Positions 51,125-62,476 of a DNA stretch of 64,000 bases are shown here, one piece after another. The position numbers and the translations under genes were made by a program. A model generated the notes under the pieces. That model was not told the DNA's origin, made no database searches, and saw only the letters and a list, made by a program, of their open reading frames with translations. How positions within the stretch are numbered: position 1 is the first letter of the stretch; each line of letters starts with the position of its first letter. Origin of the DNA: Chiloscyllium plagiosum. Its lineage: Eukaryota. Location of the stretch: the NCBI RefSeq assembly GCF_004010195.1, contig NC_057758.1, positions 5,632,936-5,696,935 of the forward strand, given 5' to 3'.

Positions 51125-51985
51125 AAAGTGAGGACTGTGGCTGTTGGAGATTGCAGTCGTGCGAGTGGTGCTGAAAAGCACAGCAGGTCAAGGAAAAACA
51201 TTCGAGGAGCAGCAGAGTCGACGTTTTGGACAAAAGCCCTTCATCATGAATGAGGCTGTCGGGGGTGTAGAAGTCAATAGGAGGAGTTTGGGCTTGGGGA
51301 CGTTCTCTGAGAGTGTGAGAGTTAAATTGAGATGGGGTAATGGGGATAGGTCAGACGCGATGGTAGAGAGGATAGGTGAGAAGGAAGATGAACAGATAGT
51401 CCGGTCATGAGGGAGATGAAGTGTTTAACCACGGGGCGGTGGGTTTGGTTGCTGCGGGTGTTGCGGATATGTTCTCCGAAGGGCTTTTCGATTAGGCATC
51501 CTGTCTCCCCAGTGTAGAGCAGACGCATCTGGATCAATAGATGCAGTAACTGACATGTGCAGAAGAGCAGGTGAAACGTTGATGTATTCCAAAGGCTCCT
51601 TTGGAACATGGATGGAGATGAGGGAGAGGTTGGACGAAGGTTTTGCAAAAATTGCGGGAGCAGGAGAAGGTACCAGGAGGAGAGGATTGCTTGAGGTGTG
51701 AAAATAATGAGCGAATCGCAGAGCCAACATTCTTTATGGAAAGTGGCAAAAGGTTGTGCGGGAAAAATATATATGTTAGTGGCATCCGTTTGCAGGGGGC
51801 AGAAATGCTGGACGATGTTGCGATTGATACAGAGGTTGGCGAGTTGGAAGGGAAAGACCAGGGGGTTGTTTCCTTCGTGCAATCGGATGGTTAGTGTTTG
51901 TGGGCGGAGCTGCAGGAAGTGGATGAGATGCGCCGGAGGGATCATCATCCACGTCGGAGGGAAATTGCGGTCTTTAAAGGAGTGA
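51125..51985 (-). mobile_element. Penelope-like 3' fragment
   Basis: LYTGETG....FGEHI and PPGTFSC.R.FCKT; terminal repeat at 51125-51255. Confidence 0.88.
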
Positions 51986-52912
51986 TATAGCTGTCAAACC
52001 ACATATTTCTAAACAAAACAGATTTTTCGAGTGAAGCACAAAAGAAAAAAAACAACAGAATATAGAATATTTTGCCCTATCTAAAAACACAACCGAATCT
52101 ATCGCAGCTTAATGATAAAGTTCCAAATCCCAGCAACATCCCAATAACATACCCCATTGGCAAGAATTCAAATTCAAACACAGGTCCTTACAAGAGAGCT
52201 GTCGGAGAGAGAATCAGCATTTACATTCTTTTCACTGCAACTTTTGTTTGGATTCTCATCTAAAACATACACCAAAGCAGAAGCAGACATGATCTTGAAG
52301 AACTCGCCACTAACCTCCCATTGGACAAGTGTTTAAAAACACCTGAAAACGATTTCCCTGACGGTTAATTTGACTCGTATCTGATAGCCATTAGCAAAGA
52401 CCCAAAGCAAACAAATTGGATCCTCTGCCTTTTAAAACCCTGTTGAAAAATGAAAACGAGAAAAATGTAACCTTGCCCAAGGAACAGCATGAACAGATAT
52501 TCGACAGGCACATCAAACTCCTTGGTGAAAATGAAGTGCTGCTGGATGATTAAAAATACACTTGGAAATTTCTACTCCGCAGTTGGTACCTTGCATGTGG
52601 CTTGGGTTTTAAATGTTAATGAACAAAGATTGTTTGTCAGGTTAGGGCACACATTTAACCTAAATTTACTTGAATATCACCACAAGATATGCGGGTGTTG
52701 TATGTTCTCCACTTCTTCATCCATGCAAGAAGTCCCTGAACGTAAAGAGATACACTCACATTCAGTAAAGTATCTTGCACTCATACTCATCTTGCAGTAA
52801 TGGGTTGCATCGACAACAAGGTTCAAAGGAGTAAAAGCAAGGCTTTTGTTGAGCTCTTAGTTACCAGTTGTGTTCACTGGAAGGCAGAAGCTCTTTATTT
52901 TCTATCATTCAT

Positions 52913-53588
52913 TATCGCACTCTCCCTTACGGGCACATAGACACACTAACACAATCGTGCTCATGCACAAACACACACACACACGCAGAGGGCTAGCTCC
53001 AACGCGAATCTGTTAAAGGGACAGTTCTGTCACGGAGATCTGCAATCAAGGAATTCAAAGAAAACGTGGATCTTCCTCAGTTGAGGAAGTGGGTTGAACG
53101 GTATTCTGTGGGATGTCTGCTCTGAAACAGAACATCCCCAGGATGTTGACGAACGAGGACAATGCATTAGGTGTAAAATATTATTCCGCTACGAGGAATA
53201 GTAGAGCGACCACATTTCAAATGGGCCCTCAGAATCTCTGTGCTGCCATATCGCACTCTCCCTTACGGGCACATAGACACACTAACACAATCGTGCTCAT
53301 GCACAAACACACACACACACACACACACACGCAGAGGGCTAGCTCCAACGCAAATCTGTTAAAGGGACAGTTCTGTCACGGAGATCTGCAATCAACAATT
53401 CAAAGAAAACGTGGATCTTCCTCAGTTGAGGAAGTGGGTTGAACGGTATTTTGTGGGATGTCTGCTCTGAAACAGAACATCCCCAGGATGTTGACGAACG
53501 AGGACATTAGGTGTAAAATATTATTCCGCTACGAGGAATAGTAGAGCGACCACATTTCAAATGGGCCCTCAGAATCTCTGTGCTGCCA
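52913..53588 (+). promoter_or_regulatory. Tandem duplication (336 + 340 bp) of a candidate V-gene promoter/leader start
   Basis: Units 52913-53248 and 53249-53588. Each has (CA)n, the palindrome cttcctca-gt-tgaggaag (GAGGAAGT ETS-type motif), an ACCACA RUNX-type motif and an ATG (53221, 53561). The duplication is certain; the regulatory role is inferred. Confidence 0.5.
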
Positions 53589-53955
53589 CTCTCCTGTTCA
53601 TACAAAATACGTTGATCGGATTCAGAAAGTAAAGGTAATCAAGAGGCACTATTTAATGCAGTAAGCATTATTAAACTTATCCTGAAATCACTGGAGCAAG
53701 GGGCTGCGGTTCCATCTGATCTATAAGTGCCTGAATGACAGACGTTGTTATCACCATAACTCAGACGATTAAAGGGATCACCCTGTGTGCGGAGGGGGTG
53801 GGAGGTTTGCCATTTTCTGTGTTGCGCCACTCATTACTTGATGCAGCAACGAGCCTAACATGCAACGATCCTAACATGCAAACGGCTTCTCATCCGCCGT
53901 TGGATGCGACGGAACATCTTCCTGAGGGATACGGCTGCTGAATGGATTTTGGGAG
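53561..53955 (+). pseudogene. Candidate leader plus V-exon remnant (inverted paralog of 4172-4407)
   Basis: MGPQNLCAATLLFIQ (53561-), ~100-bp intron-sized spacer, AG at 53726-53727, then TDVVITITQ...LTC(K)/GFSSA/WMRR...EWILG. Confidence 0.45.
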
Positions 53956-55956
53956 GTGAGAATTGTACAGTGTTCCCAGTGTTTTCTGCCCGATGTAGAT
54001 TAGGGCCAGAGGTATCGAAACTGCTCCCGGTCTAGTCTGCATAATATATTTGGGACCTAAAGTGTGCAGAGTGTTCTCAGTGTGTACTGACAAACGTATA
54101 TTGGGACCTGAGAAGTTCACAGTACTCCCAGTGTGGTCTGCACAATGTCGATTAGGACCTGAGGAATGAAAAGTGCTCCCATTGTTGTGTGTCCAATGTA
54201 GATTGGGACGTCGGGACTATACAATGCTCCCAGTGTGGTCTGCTCAAAGTAGATTTGGACCTCAGGATTACCCATTGCTCACAGTGTGGTTTTCTCCGTC
54301 TACATTGGTGTATGACGATCACAGAGTGTGGCCTGCTAAATGTAGATTGGGAATTGAGGATTACGTTGTGCTCCCAGTGTGATCTCTCCAAGGTAGATAG
54401 GGACATAAGAATCGTACACTGCTGCCAATGTCCTCTACTAAATGTAGTTTGGAACTGAGGATTACGCAGTGCTCCCAATGTGGTGAGTCCTATGTAGACT
54501 GGGACGTAAGGTCTACAAACTTCTCCCAGTGTGGCCTGCTCAAAGTCGGTAGGGACCTCAGTATTACATAGTGCTCATAGTGTGGTTTTCTCAATATAGT
54601 TTGGTGCGTGACGATTACACAGTGCACCAAGTTTGGTCTGTCCAATGTAGATTGGGACCTGAGGAGTGCACACTGCTGCTAGTGTGGTCTGCCCAAGGTA
54701 GAATGAAACCACAGAAGTGCACAATGTTCCCCTTGAGACTATCAAAGCTGGGGAAAGCGAAGAAGGGTTGACAATTCCCCCAGTGTGCTCGGCCCAAGTC
54801 ACATGAGACTTGAGTGGATAAAAAGGGATTAAGAAAAATCGAATCGTTGATGATTTAGTTATAATGTATCAAATGACTTGTTGTGGTAATACATGAAAGA
54901 TGATTTTCATAGAGAATCAATGGAATAGATATGAGGAGCAAGAGACTAACTGCTCTCCTGAAGTGGCACGAGACGTGGCAGCTTTCAAAAAGGCGAGGGT
55001 GATAGATAGTGTGATGGTGGGATATTTACAGATGACGTCTCTGGATGCTGAAGGCATGCCACAAATGGTGAACTGGGTCAAATCTGGGAATGGGCAGGAG
55101 TGGAAATTGTTGAAGCATGGGATATCAGGGGGGATGTTGAGCTGAAGGTAACGGAGATAAGGAGAACCTTCATCAGCCAGCGAGTACTGAGTCAATGAAT
55201 TCATTGCCACCGAAGACTGTGGAGGCCAGGTCACTGAGTATCGATATGAAGTTGAAGGTGGGTACTGTGGCTTTTCGAAAGTGAATGGTGTTTTGTACTG
55301 AGAGCTTACAAGCACTTGTCATGCAATTGACCTCCAGTCCCAGATTGAACTGGAAAATTGAAAATATGTAACATTTGGCTGTGAAATAAACACCTGATTT
55401 GGTTGCTATTTTGACAACAGTACACATTTAACCAATCAGGTTAAACTATGCTCCCAGATAGTAAAACTCAATCGAGTTTGCGTTTATTGTTTTGCCAGCA
55501 TTGAAGCAATAAGACGATCGAGTTTTGCGGTAACAAACAAAGACAAACAGTTCGAAAGTCAGACAGAGCAACTGCCATATGAAATACTCGTTATCAAAGG
55601 TATCTTTCCATATGAAACGTATTCACAGTAAAAGACAGAAGTCGACCCAGGGAGAACCTCTTGCCAAAGGAAGAAAGACAGCAAATACCTCACTCTGTAT
55701 GGCTCTGCAATAAATTGCTGTTAGTTTTTGTCAGTGTTTTATTGGAACAGTATATTATTATAGGTTTGTAAGCAGATAACAAGCAGGTGAGGGTTGATGG
55801 GTGTGATTAGAATTGTGCATAGTTGTGTTCCTGTTCACATTTAGAGTGAAAGTATACATTCTTTTTTAATGATGGAATTTGGGAGTTCTATGTCACTCAA
55901 AGTTTAACAGATTACGAGCGGAAGTGAGTATTTCTGGGCGATTTGTTTATTTAACA
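53626..55956. repeat. Inverted segmental duplication, arm 2
   Basis: Reverse complement of 2166-4509. Confidence 0.95.
53960..54795 (-). repeat. 51-bp CR1-derived minisatellite (paralog of 3335-4170)
   Basis: ctcccagtgtgg recurs at a 51-bp period. Confidence 0.85.
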
Positions 55957-58900
55957 AAAGTGTTCACCACCATGTCATAACAGTTTGGTGGCTTGGGTCC
56001 GTGGCTTGGGCAGGTGTTGACACATACAGCCTGAGGTTTGGACAGATTTAAACATATTGGGAAACGAATAATCCCAGCAGATTTAAAGAATTGACGATTA
56101 GTGTCCTAGATCTTTAAGTAAAACGTAGGTGAATTATTTATTTAATCTCAGTTACTTGTGATTATTTAAGTGGAAAGTAAGCGAAATGGGTCCTAAGATC
56201 AGCGAGTTTTGAGATTATTTGTACCTCAGGTTGAAGTTCCGGATATAGGTTTGTTCGCTGAGCTGGACAGGTTCATGGTTAGACATTTTGTCAACCTCAA
56301 CGTGAGCGACAAATCTTCTCAAACTTCGCTGACATCTGTGTGCGGAATATGTTAAAACCGGACCGAAAATGGGAAACGAATGCCATCTGGCAGAGTGCCA
56401 CCCGCGAACAGCTGTTATTGCTGCACAAATGCCTAAGATAACAGGCACTACTTAAATGTCTTAAATACAAACATCCCCTTAAAATTCCTCGACCTGAAAG
56501 AATAGCAGATCAAAACTATCGCAGAATGCTTAGAGAAAGGATTAATGATGCCCACAACGGATTCCATAAAACCAACGGCGAAATTTTGCTCCAAAAACTT
56601 TACTCACTCGTGCAAAAGATCATGAATGGACAGACACAGTGCAAAAAAGCGACAGATAGCGACAAACACAGAAAACGAAATTAAAAGACCTGCAAAGAAA
56701 AAATGGACAAACTTTCACAAAAAGGAACAACACTGACAACATGGAAGCATGGATAAACAAATTCTCTGACAGACCCTTAACAAGCACAGATAAGGCCGTC
56801 TTAGTAAGAGAATTAAATTGCAACTTCCAGGATTCGGACAAGAAAGATTTATTTGCAGCATTAGGAACAACACTGAAAGGCAACCAACTCACAGAAGAAA
56901 CCCAGCAAATTATCAGACAGGTAGTCAGACCAACATTAAGTGGACAACAAAGCAAGGTAACACCCTCAATACGTAAAAAAAGAAAAAAAACTAGATAGAC
57001 TAAAAAGAGGTAAAATATTATTATTCAATGTGCGATATTATCCGATGTGCACACTACTTGCAGATACCAACACTAGCCAACAAGTGTCGATAGAACCGAC
57101 CTCACAATTAGCGAACCGAATCACAGCCCTACTCAAAAAATCTTTAGAAATCTGGAGAAATAAGTATGACCGACATCAGAAAAATGAAACCAAAGGATCC
57201 AGCCCGACATGCTTCGATGTATTACTCAAAATTCACAAACCAGGAGCCCCCATCAGACATGGAACACCAATTTACAGATTAGCCAAGCAGCTACACCAAA
57301 GATTAAAACACATAGTAGAAGACTCACACCACTCCATCCACTCTACCCAAGAATTCCTGAAGACAGTCAAAGGCACGAAAATGGAAGAGGTTGAAATAAT
57401 GGTCTGCTTTGATGGAATTGACCTGTTCACATCAATCAACATCAGCCTGGCCACGAAAACACTGCCTACACTATTAGAAGACCCGAAGACACACACACCA
57501 AACACTACTAACTTCATCAGCAAATTAAGTATCGGCAAGCTCGTGGACCTATTCCTTACCACCGACTTTACCTTCAACAACAAAACCGACAGACAAACCA
57601 ACGGAAACCCATGGGGTAACCACCATCAGGGTTCTTAGCAGGGTGCAGTTATGCAGAGAGTCGAACAAATTGCTCTGCCTACCATCCAACTCAAACATTG
57701 CGTTCGCCAGTGGATGACACCTTTGCCATCACTAAACGAAACAAATTAGTGGAAACCTTCAAGACCATCAATAATACCCTTACTGGCATAGAATGCAGTA
57801 AAGAGTAGGAAAACAACACCAAACTGCCTTTTCTAGAAATGCCAATAGAGCGAAAAGCCAATGGGGAACTTCAAACCACATGTACAGGAAAACAACACAT
57901 ACAGAATAAATATTGAACTGCAGAAGCAACCACCTGAACATCCATAAAGGAAGCTGCATCAGAACATTATTCCAAAGTGCCAATACACCCTGCCGTACAG
58001 AGAAACTACGCAGAGCAGAGGAAAATCGCCTATACAGTATATTCAAAAAGAGGTACCCAATGAACACGATATGTAGACTTCTCAGCAACAAACCCAAACA
58101 AGCAAACAAAATACGTCCTGAAACCATAGACACGCTCCCCTACAAGAAGGACGTGTCAGAAATGACTTCCAGACCACCCAGACGCCTTGGCGTCATGGTA
58201 GCCCAAAAACCCACCAACACTTGAACAGCAGCTAATGAACTTGAAAGACCCTATACAGACAACAAGCAAAACTAACATCCTTTACAAAATTCAGGGCAAC
58301 AAATGTAACACTACATTGTACAAACAGTGAGAATACTGGCCGCTGCGATACATGAACATCAACTAGCCAGAAACGACATGACATTCTTCACTAATATCTT
58401 CACACTTAGATGAGGAAGCACACCACTTTGACTGGAACAACTCATTCATCCTAAGACAAGCCAAGCAGAGACGCTCACGAAAATTACGAGAGGCATGACA
58501 TTTCAACCTCAACACTATCAACAAACACATTGCCATGGATCCCATTTACCCCTCCCTGAGAAAAAGAACAGGAATAGACATCACTGTAGGAAATGACAGC
58601 ACCACAGGAAATGACATCACCAACACAAAGAAACCCATCATTTAAATAAAATGCAGGAATCTTCAGCAATGTTTTGTCCGGAGACACGCTGAAGATGTTA
58701 CCTCGTGTGGTGACAAAGCATCCGAACATGGCATAGCGAGCAAGCCTACATCCGGGTTTGAGCATTGCCTAAGGATCCTCAGGTTTGCAGATGATCACTG
58801 AGTTTGCCAAGAACGCTTGCTAAGGCAGACGGCGGTCCGACTTATGAATTTCGCAAATAAATGAGAATTGAGTCTAACTAGGATCAAAATGAAAGCTGAA

Positions 58901-61562
58901 TACGTAATTGATTAGTCAAGCACTTACGTGCATCAGGGAAAGAGGCAAGGGCAGTTGTTTTAGAAATGTTTAAGATGCAGCTCAGGCAAATGGACTGAGA
59001 AGATAAAGAAACAGAGAGAGAGAGATGGGGAAGGAAACGAGGGAGAGAAAGATAGAGAAGAGCAAGAGAGAATAGGAGAGCAGAAACAAGGAGGGAAGAT
59101 TCTTAGCTGAGCAAACAGAACGAGAGAAGGAAGAGAGAGAATGGGAGAAAGAATTTGTACTTCAGAAGTTGGAAATTGTCAGGAAAGAGAAGTTACCAGA
59201 ATGGAGTTGATTAGAGAAGGTTGCGATCTCTAAAAATATCTTTAACTTGCCACATTGTGATGAGAATGATGTCAAAACCTTTCATTCGTTTGAAAACGTG
59301 ACTAGGCAGATGAAGTGGTCATAGGACATGAGGGTAATGATTATTCAGGCTAAGCTGGTCGGCAAAGCTATTAAAGTATTTGCAGCGCTTTGAGATGAGG
59401 GGTCAAGTGTTTTTGCAGATATCAAAAAGGCTACTTTGAATTATTATGAATTGATACCAGAAACCTACAGAAAGTGGTTCAGAAACATAAAGGAGGAACC
59501 AGGTCAGACTTACATTGAGTTCGCAAGAATTAAAAAATATAGTTTTCATAGATAGATGCAGATCTTAAAACTAGATAACAGTTTTGAGGATCTAAGAGAG
59601 ATTATTCTTCTCGAATTTTAAAAAAATCTCACTTCCAGAGGGGATAACAATTCACGTGGATGAACAGAAACTTTCAGAAATGAGCAGAGCAGCAGGGATG
59701 ATAGGTGAATATGCATTGATGCATAACGCAAATTTTAGATTTCGGGAAGAATTTCATCCTGTGAGGGATACAAATTGCGAGAACTGAAGATCCTCCAATA
59801 CTAAATAAAAATTAAAACACACTGGTAAAGAGTTTGCCACAGAAGTAAAACGAGGCCCAAGTCAGTGAAAAGGAGTTGAAAGATAGAGGTGTTTTCAATG
59901 TAATAATATGTGATGTGTAATGTCACAGTGCTTCACGCAAAATACATTGTCTTTGTGAAATGATGTGGTGAAGAGGCTTCTCCAATGGCAGGAGTGAAAG
60001 TAGTAAAGGAAATCCCAAGAGACATCGATTAGCTGTAGGAGAGTGCACGGCATAGGCAGAGGCACTATTTGAGGTAGTGCCTAATCACCATAAAGACATC
60101 AACTTCGGGATAAAGTTTGTTCAGAAAGAACAAGGATGAAGATAAATAAGATATAATTTTGAGAAATACAGGATATAATCAGGTTCAAATAGTAAGAGAT
60201 GAACACGTGCAATCTTTCTGACCTGTAAACTGAGAGAGTGTTAGTTTGTGGGATAGGTGTACAGTAATTTGGCGTTTCCCTATGTAAGATCAGATTGGAA
60301 AGCCAACACAATTCGGGCGAAATAACAGTGGGAATGAGTGACAGAGTGTCATTTCCGGGAATGTAATTTGTTCTTGTGAACGATGTATGAGGATCTATGA
60401 TGGGAGCGGCATCCGTTACTGTGGTGAAGCCAAAGGTAGACCAGAGAACTTAGGAGTTACAAGAAACAAACACTAGAAATCTGCCAGTCTGTGTATGAAC
60501 AAGATCCAACAATGATAGTTCACTGGAGGAAGCAAAACCTGAACGGAAAGACGACAGGCGTTGAGTGTTAGTTAGCGGACACACTGCTTGACGTAATACT
60601 GAAGGAAAAACCTGAACAGGCAGAGGATGAGGCAGAAGTGTTGAGGCCTTAAAACCTGTTGGATCTACATCAGAAAGACGGGACAATGAAAGTGGAGTGT
60701 ATGTGTGTGTGTGTGTGTGTAAGCATCACAGGAAATGATTCACATTGTATTCCTGAGGGGTTTTATGTGACACAGAGAATCTTAAGACGAAATTGGAAAC
60801 CACGGAATGTTAGCGGAGAGGGGGAATAGGCAAAGTGCACCAGGCTGTGTTGCCAGCAGCATACATTCAGGACGTGTTATTGTGGCACATGATTATTGAG
60901 AAGCAAGGCATCAAAGAATGAGAATGACTCAGTTCAGGTACAAACACATATTAATTGAGAAGGAATGCACAAGGATGTGGTGAAAAATTTGACGTGCATG
61001 TCATACTTGCCAACGGCTGTTTTGACAACAATTCGAAATTAACCAGTCAGCATAATGTATAGTCCAGATTACTAATACCCAATCAAGTTTGAATTAATTA
61101 TTTTGTCAATGTCGAACCAAGATGACCATCTGGTGTTGAGCATATTAAAAAAACAGACAGTTTGAAAGTCAGATAGAGTTGAAACACACCATATCAAAGG
61201 TAACTTTCCAAATAAAACACACTACCATGAAGACGACCCAGGGACATGTCAGATGAAGGAAGAAAGACACCAAAGACGACAGCTGCTGTTTGGATTCCAA
61301 TTAAGTTGACATAACTTTAATCAGTGTTTTATTGGATCAGTAAAATATTACAGAGTTAGAGGCAAATAATAAGCAGTGATGTGAGGGGGCAAGAGATGTG
61401 CATCGTTGTTGTTTAACAATCACTTTTAGAGATAAACAATGTATTATTGTTATTCTCATTAAATGGTGCAATTTGGAAGTTCTCTGTCACTCATACTTAA
61501 AAAAAATACTAGTAGAGCTGAATTTTCTGGGTGTTTGTTTTAAGTAACAGAAGTGTTCAAGG
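55317..61562 (+). mobile_element. Degenerate Gmr1-like Gypsy LTR retrotransposon with internal deletion
   Basis: 5' LTR 55317-55982 (TGTCATG...CATAACA) followed by PBS-like tggtggct..gtccg. gag FENVTRQMKW..IQAKLVGKA..YELIPETYRKWFR..GQTYIEFAR from 59268; zinc knuckle RCFQCN at ~59887; protease IILRNTG at ~60153; integrase Zn region VHQAVLP...KDV..CHTCQ at 60835-61013; diverged partial LTR from 61015 to the gap. Confidence 0.85.
56200..58765 (+). mobile_element. Penelope-like element (second family) nested in the Gypsy element; disrupted
   Basis: KIHKPGAP, GTPIYRLAK, CFD..DLFTSI, HKGSCIRTLF, IHEHQ; hammerhead-like ctgaaga-tgttacc..ggtgac-aaa at ~58689-58717. Confidence 0.92.
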
Positions 61563-62062
61563 NNNNNNNNNNNNNNNNNNNNNNNNNNNNNNNNNNNNNN
61601 NNNNNNNNNNNNNNNNNNNNNNNNNNNNNNNNNNNNNNNNNNNNNNNNNNNNNNNNNNNNNNNNNNNNNNNNNNNNNNNNNNNNNNNNNNNNNNNNNNNN
61701 NNNNNNNNNNNNNNNNNNNNNNNNNNNNNNNNNNNNNNNNNNNNNNNNNNNNNNNNNNNNNNNNNNNNNNNNNNNNNNNNNNNNNNNNNNNNNNNNNNNN
61801 NNNNNNNNNNNNNNNNNNNNNNNNNNNNNNNNNNNNNNNNNNNNNNNNNNNNNNNNNNNNNNNNNNNNNNNNNNNNNNNNNNNNNNNNNNNNNNNNNNNN
61901 NNNNNNNNNNNNNNNNNNNNNNNNNNNNNNNNNNNNNNNNNNNNNNNNNNNNNNNNNNNNNNNNNNNNNNNNNNNNNNNNNNNNNNNNNNNNNNNNNNNN
62001 NNNNNNNNNNNNNNNNNNNNNNNNNNNNNNNNNNNNNNNNNNNNNNNNNNNNNNNNNNNNNN
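61563..62062. other. Assembly gap (500 N)
   Basis: Run of N. Confidence 1.
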
Positions 62063-62476
62063 ACTATTACAACTCTAAGCAGGCAATTGAAGTGTGTAAA
62101 TCTGTTCCTTGGAGAAATACAGACAATCCAATGACGACAAAATTTTCAGAAACATGCTTTTACGTTAATTAGTTTCACTGCATGGATTATACTTTGCTGG
62201 CCAAATTGTCGGCGGGACTTTAAGAGTTAACCACGCTGCTGTGGATCTGGAGTCACAAGCAGAAAAAGACAAATTAAGCACACAGTTTCCACAAAGGATA
62301 TGAAAGACCGACGGTTTTTTTTTCAACAATAGTCCTGAATTTAAGATATTTACCCTCCTCACCCCCGACCACGACACCCACCTTGTCATCTCTGCGTAAT
62401 TGAGTTCAAATTCCCCAATGAGAATTGTGCTAAAGAAGGGTTACTGGACATAAAATATTAATATCTCTCCACAAAT

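Noticed and set aside
52750..52855. NKSLAFTPLNLVVDATHYCK resembling a V-domain end (minus strand)
   Set aside because: No upstream V framework and no RSS; plausibly chance.
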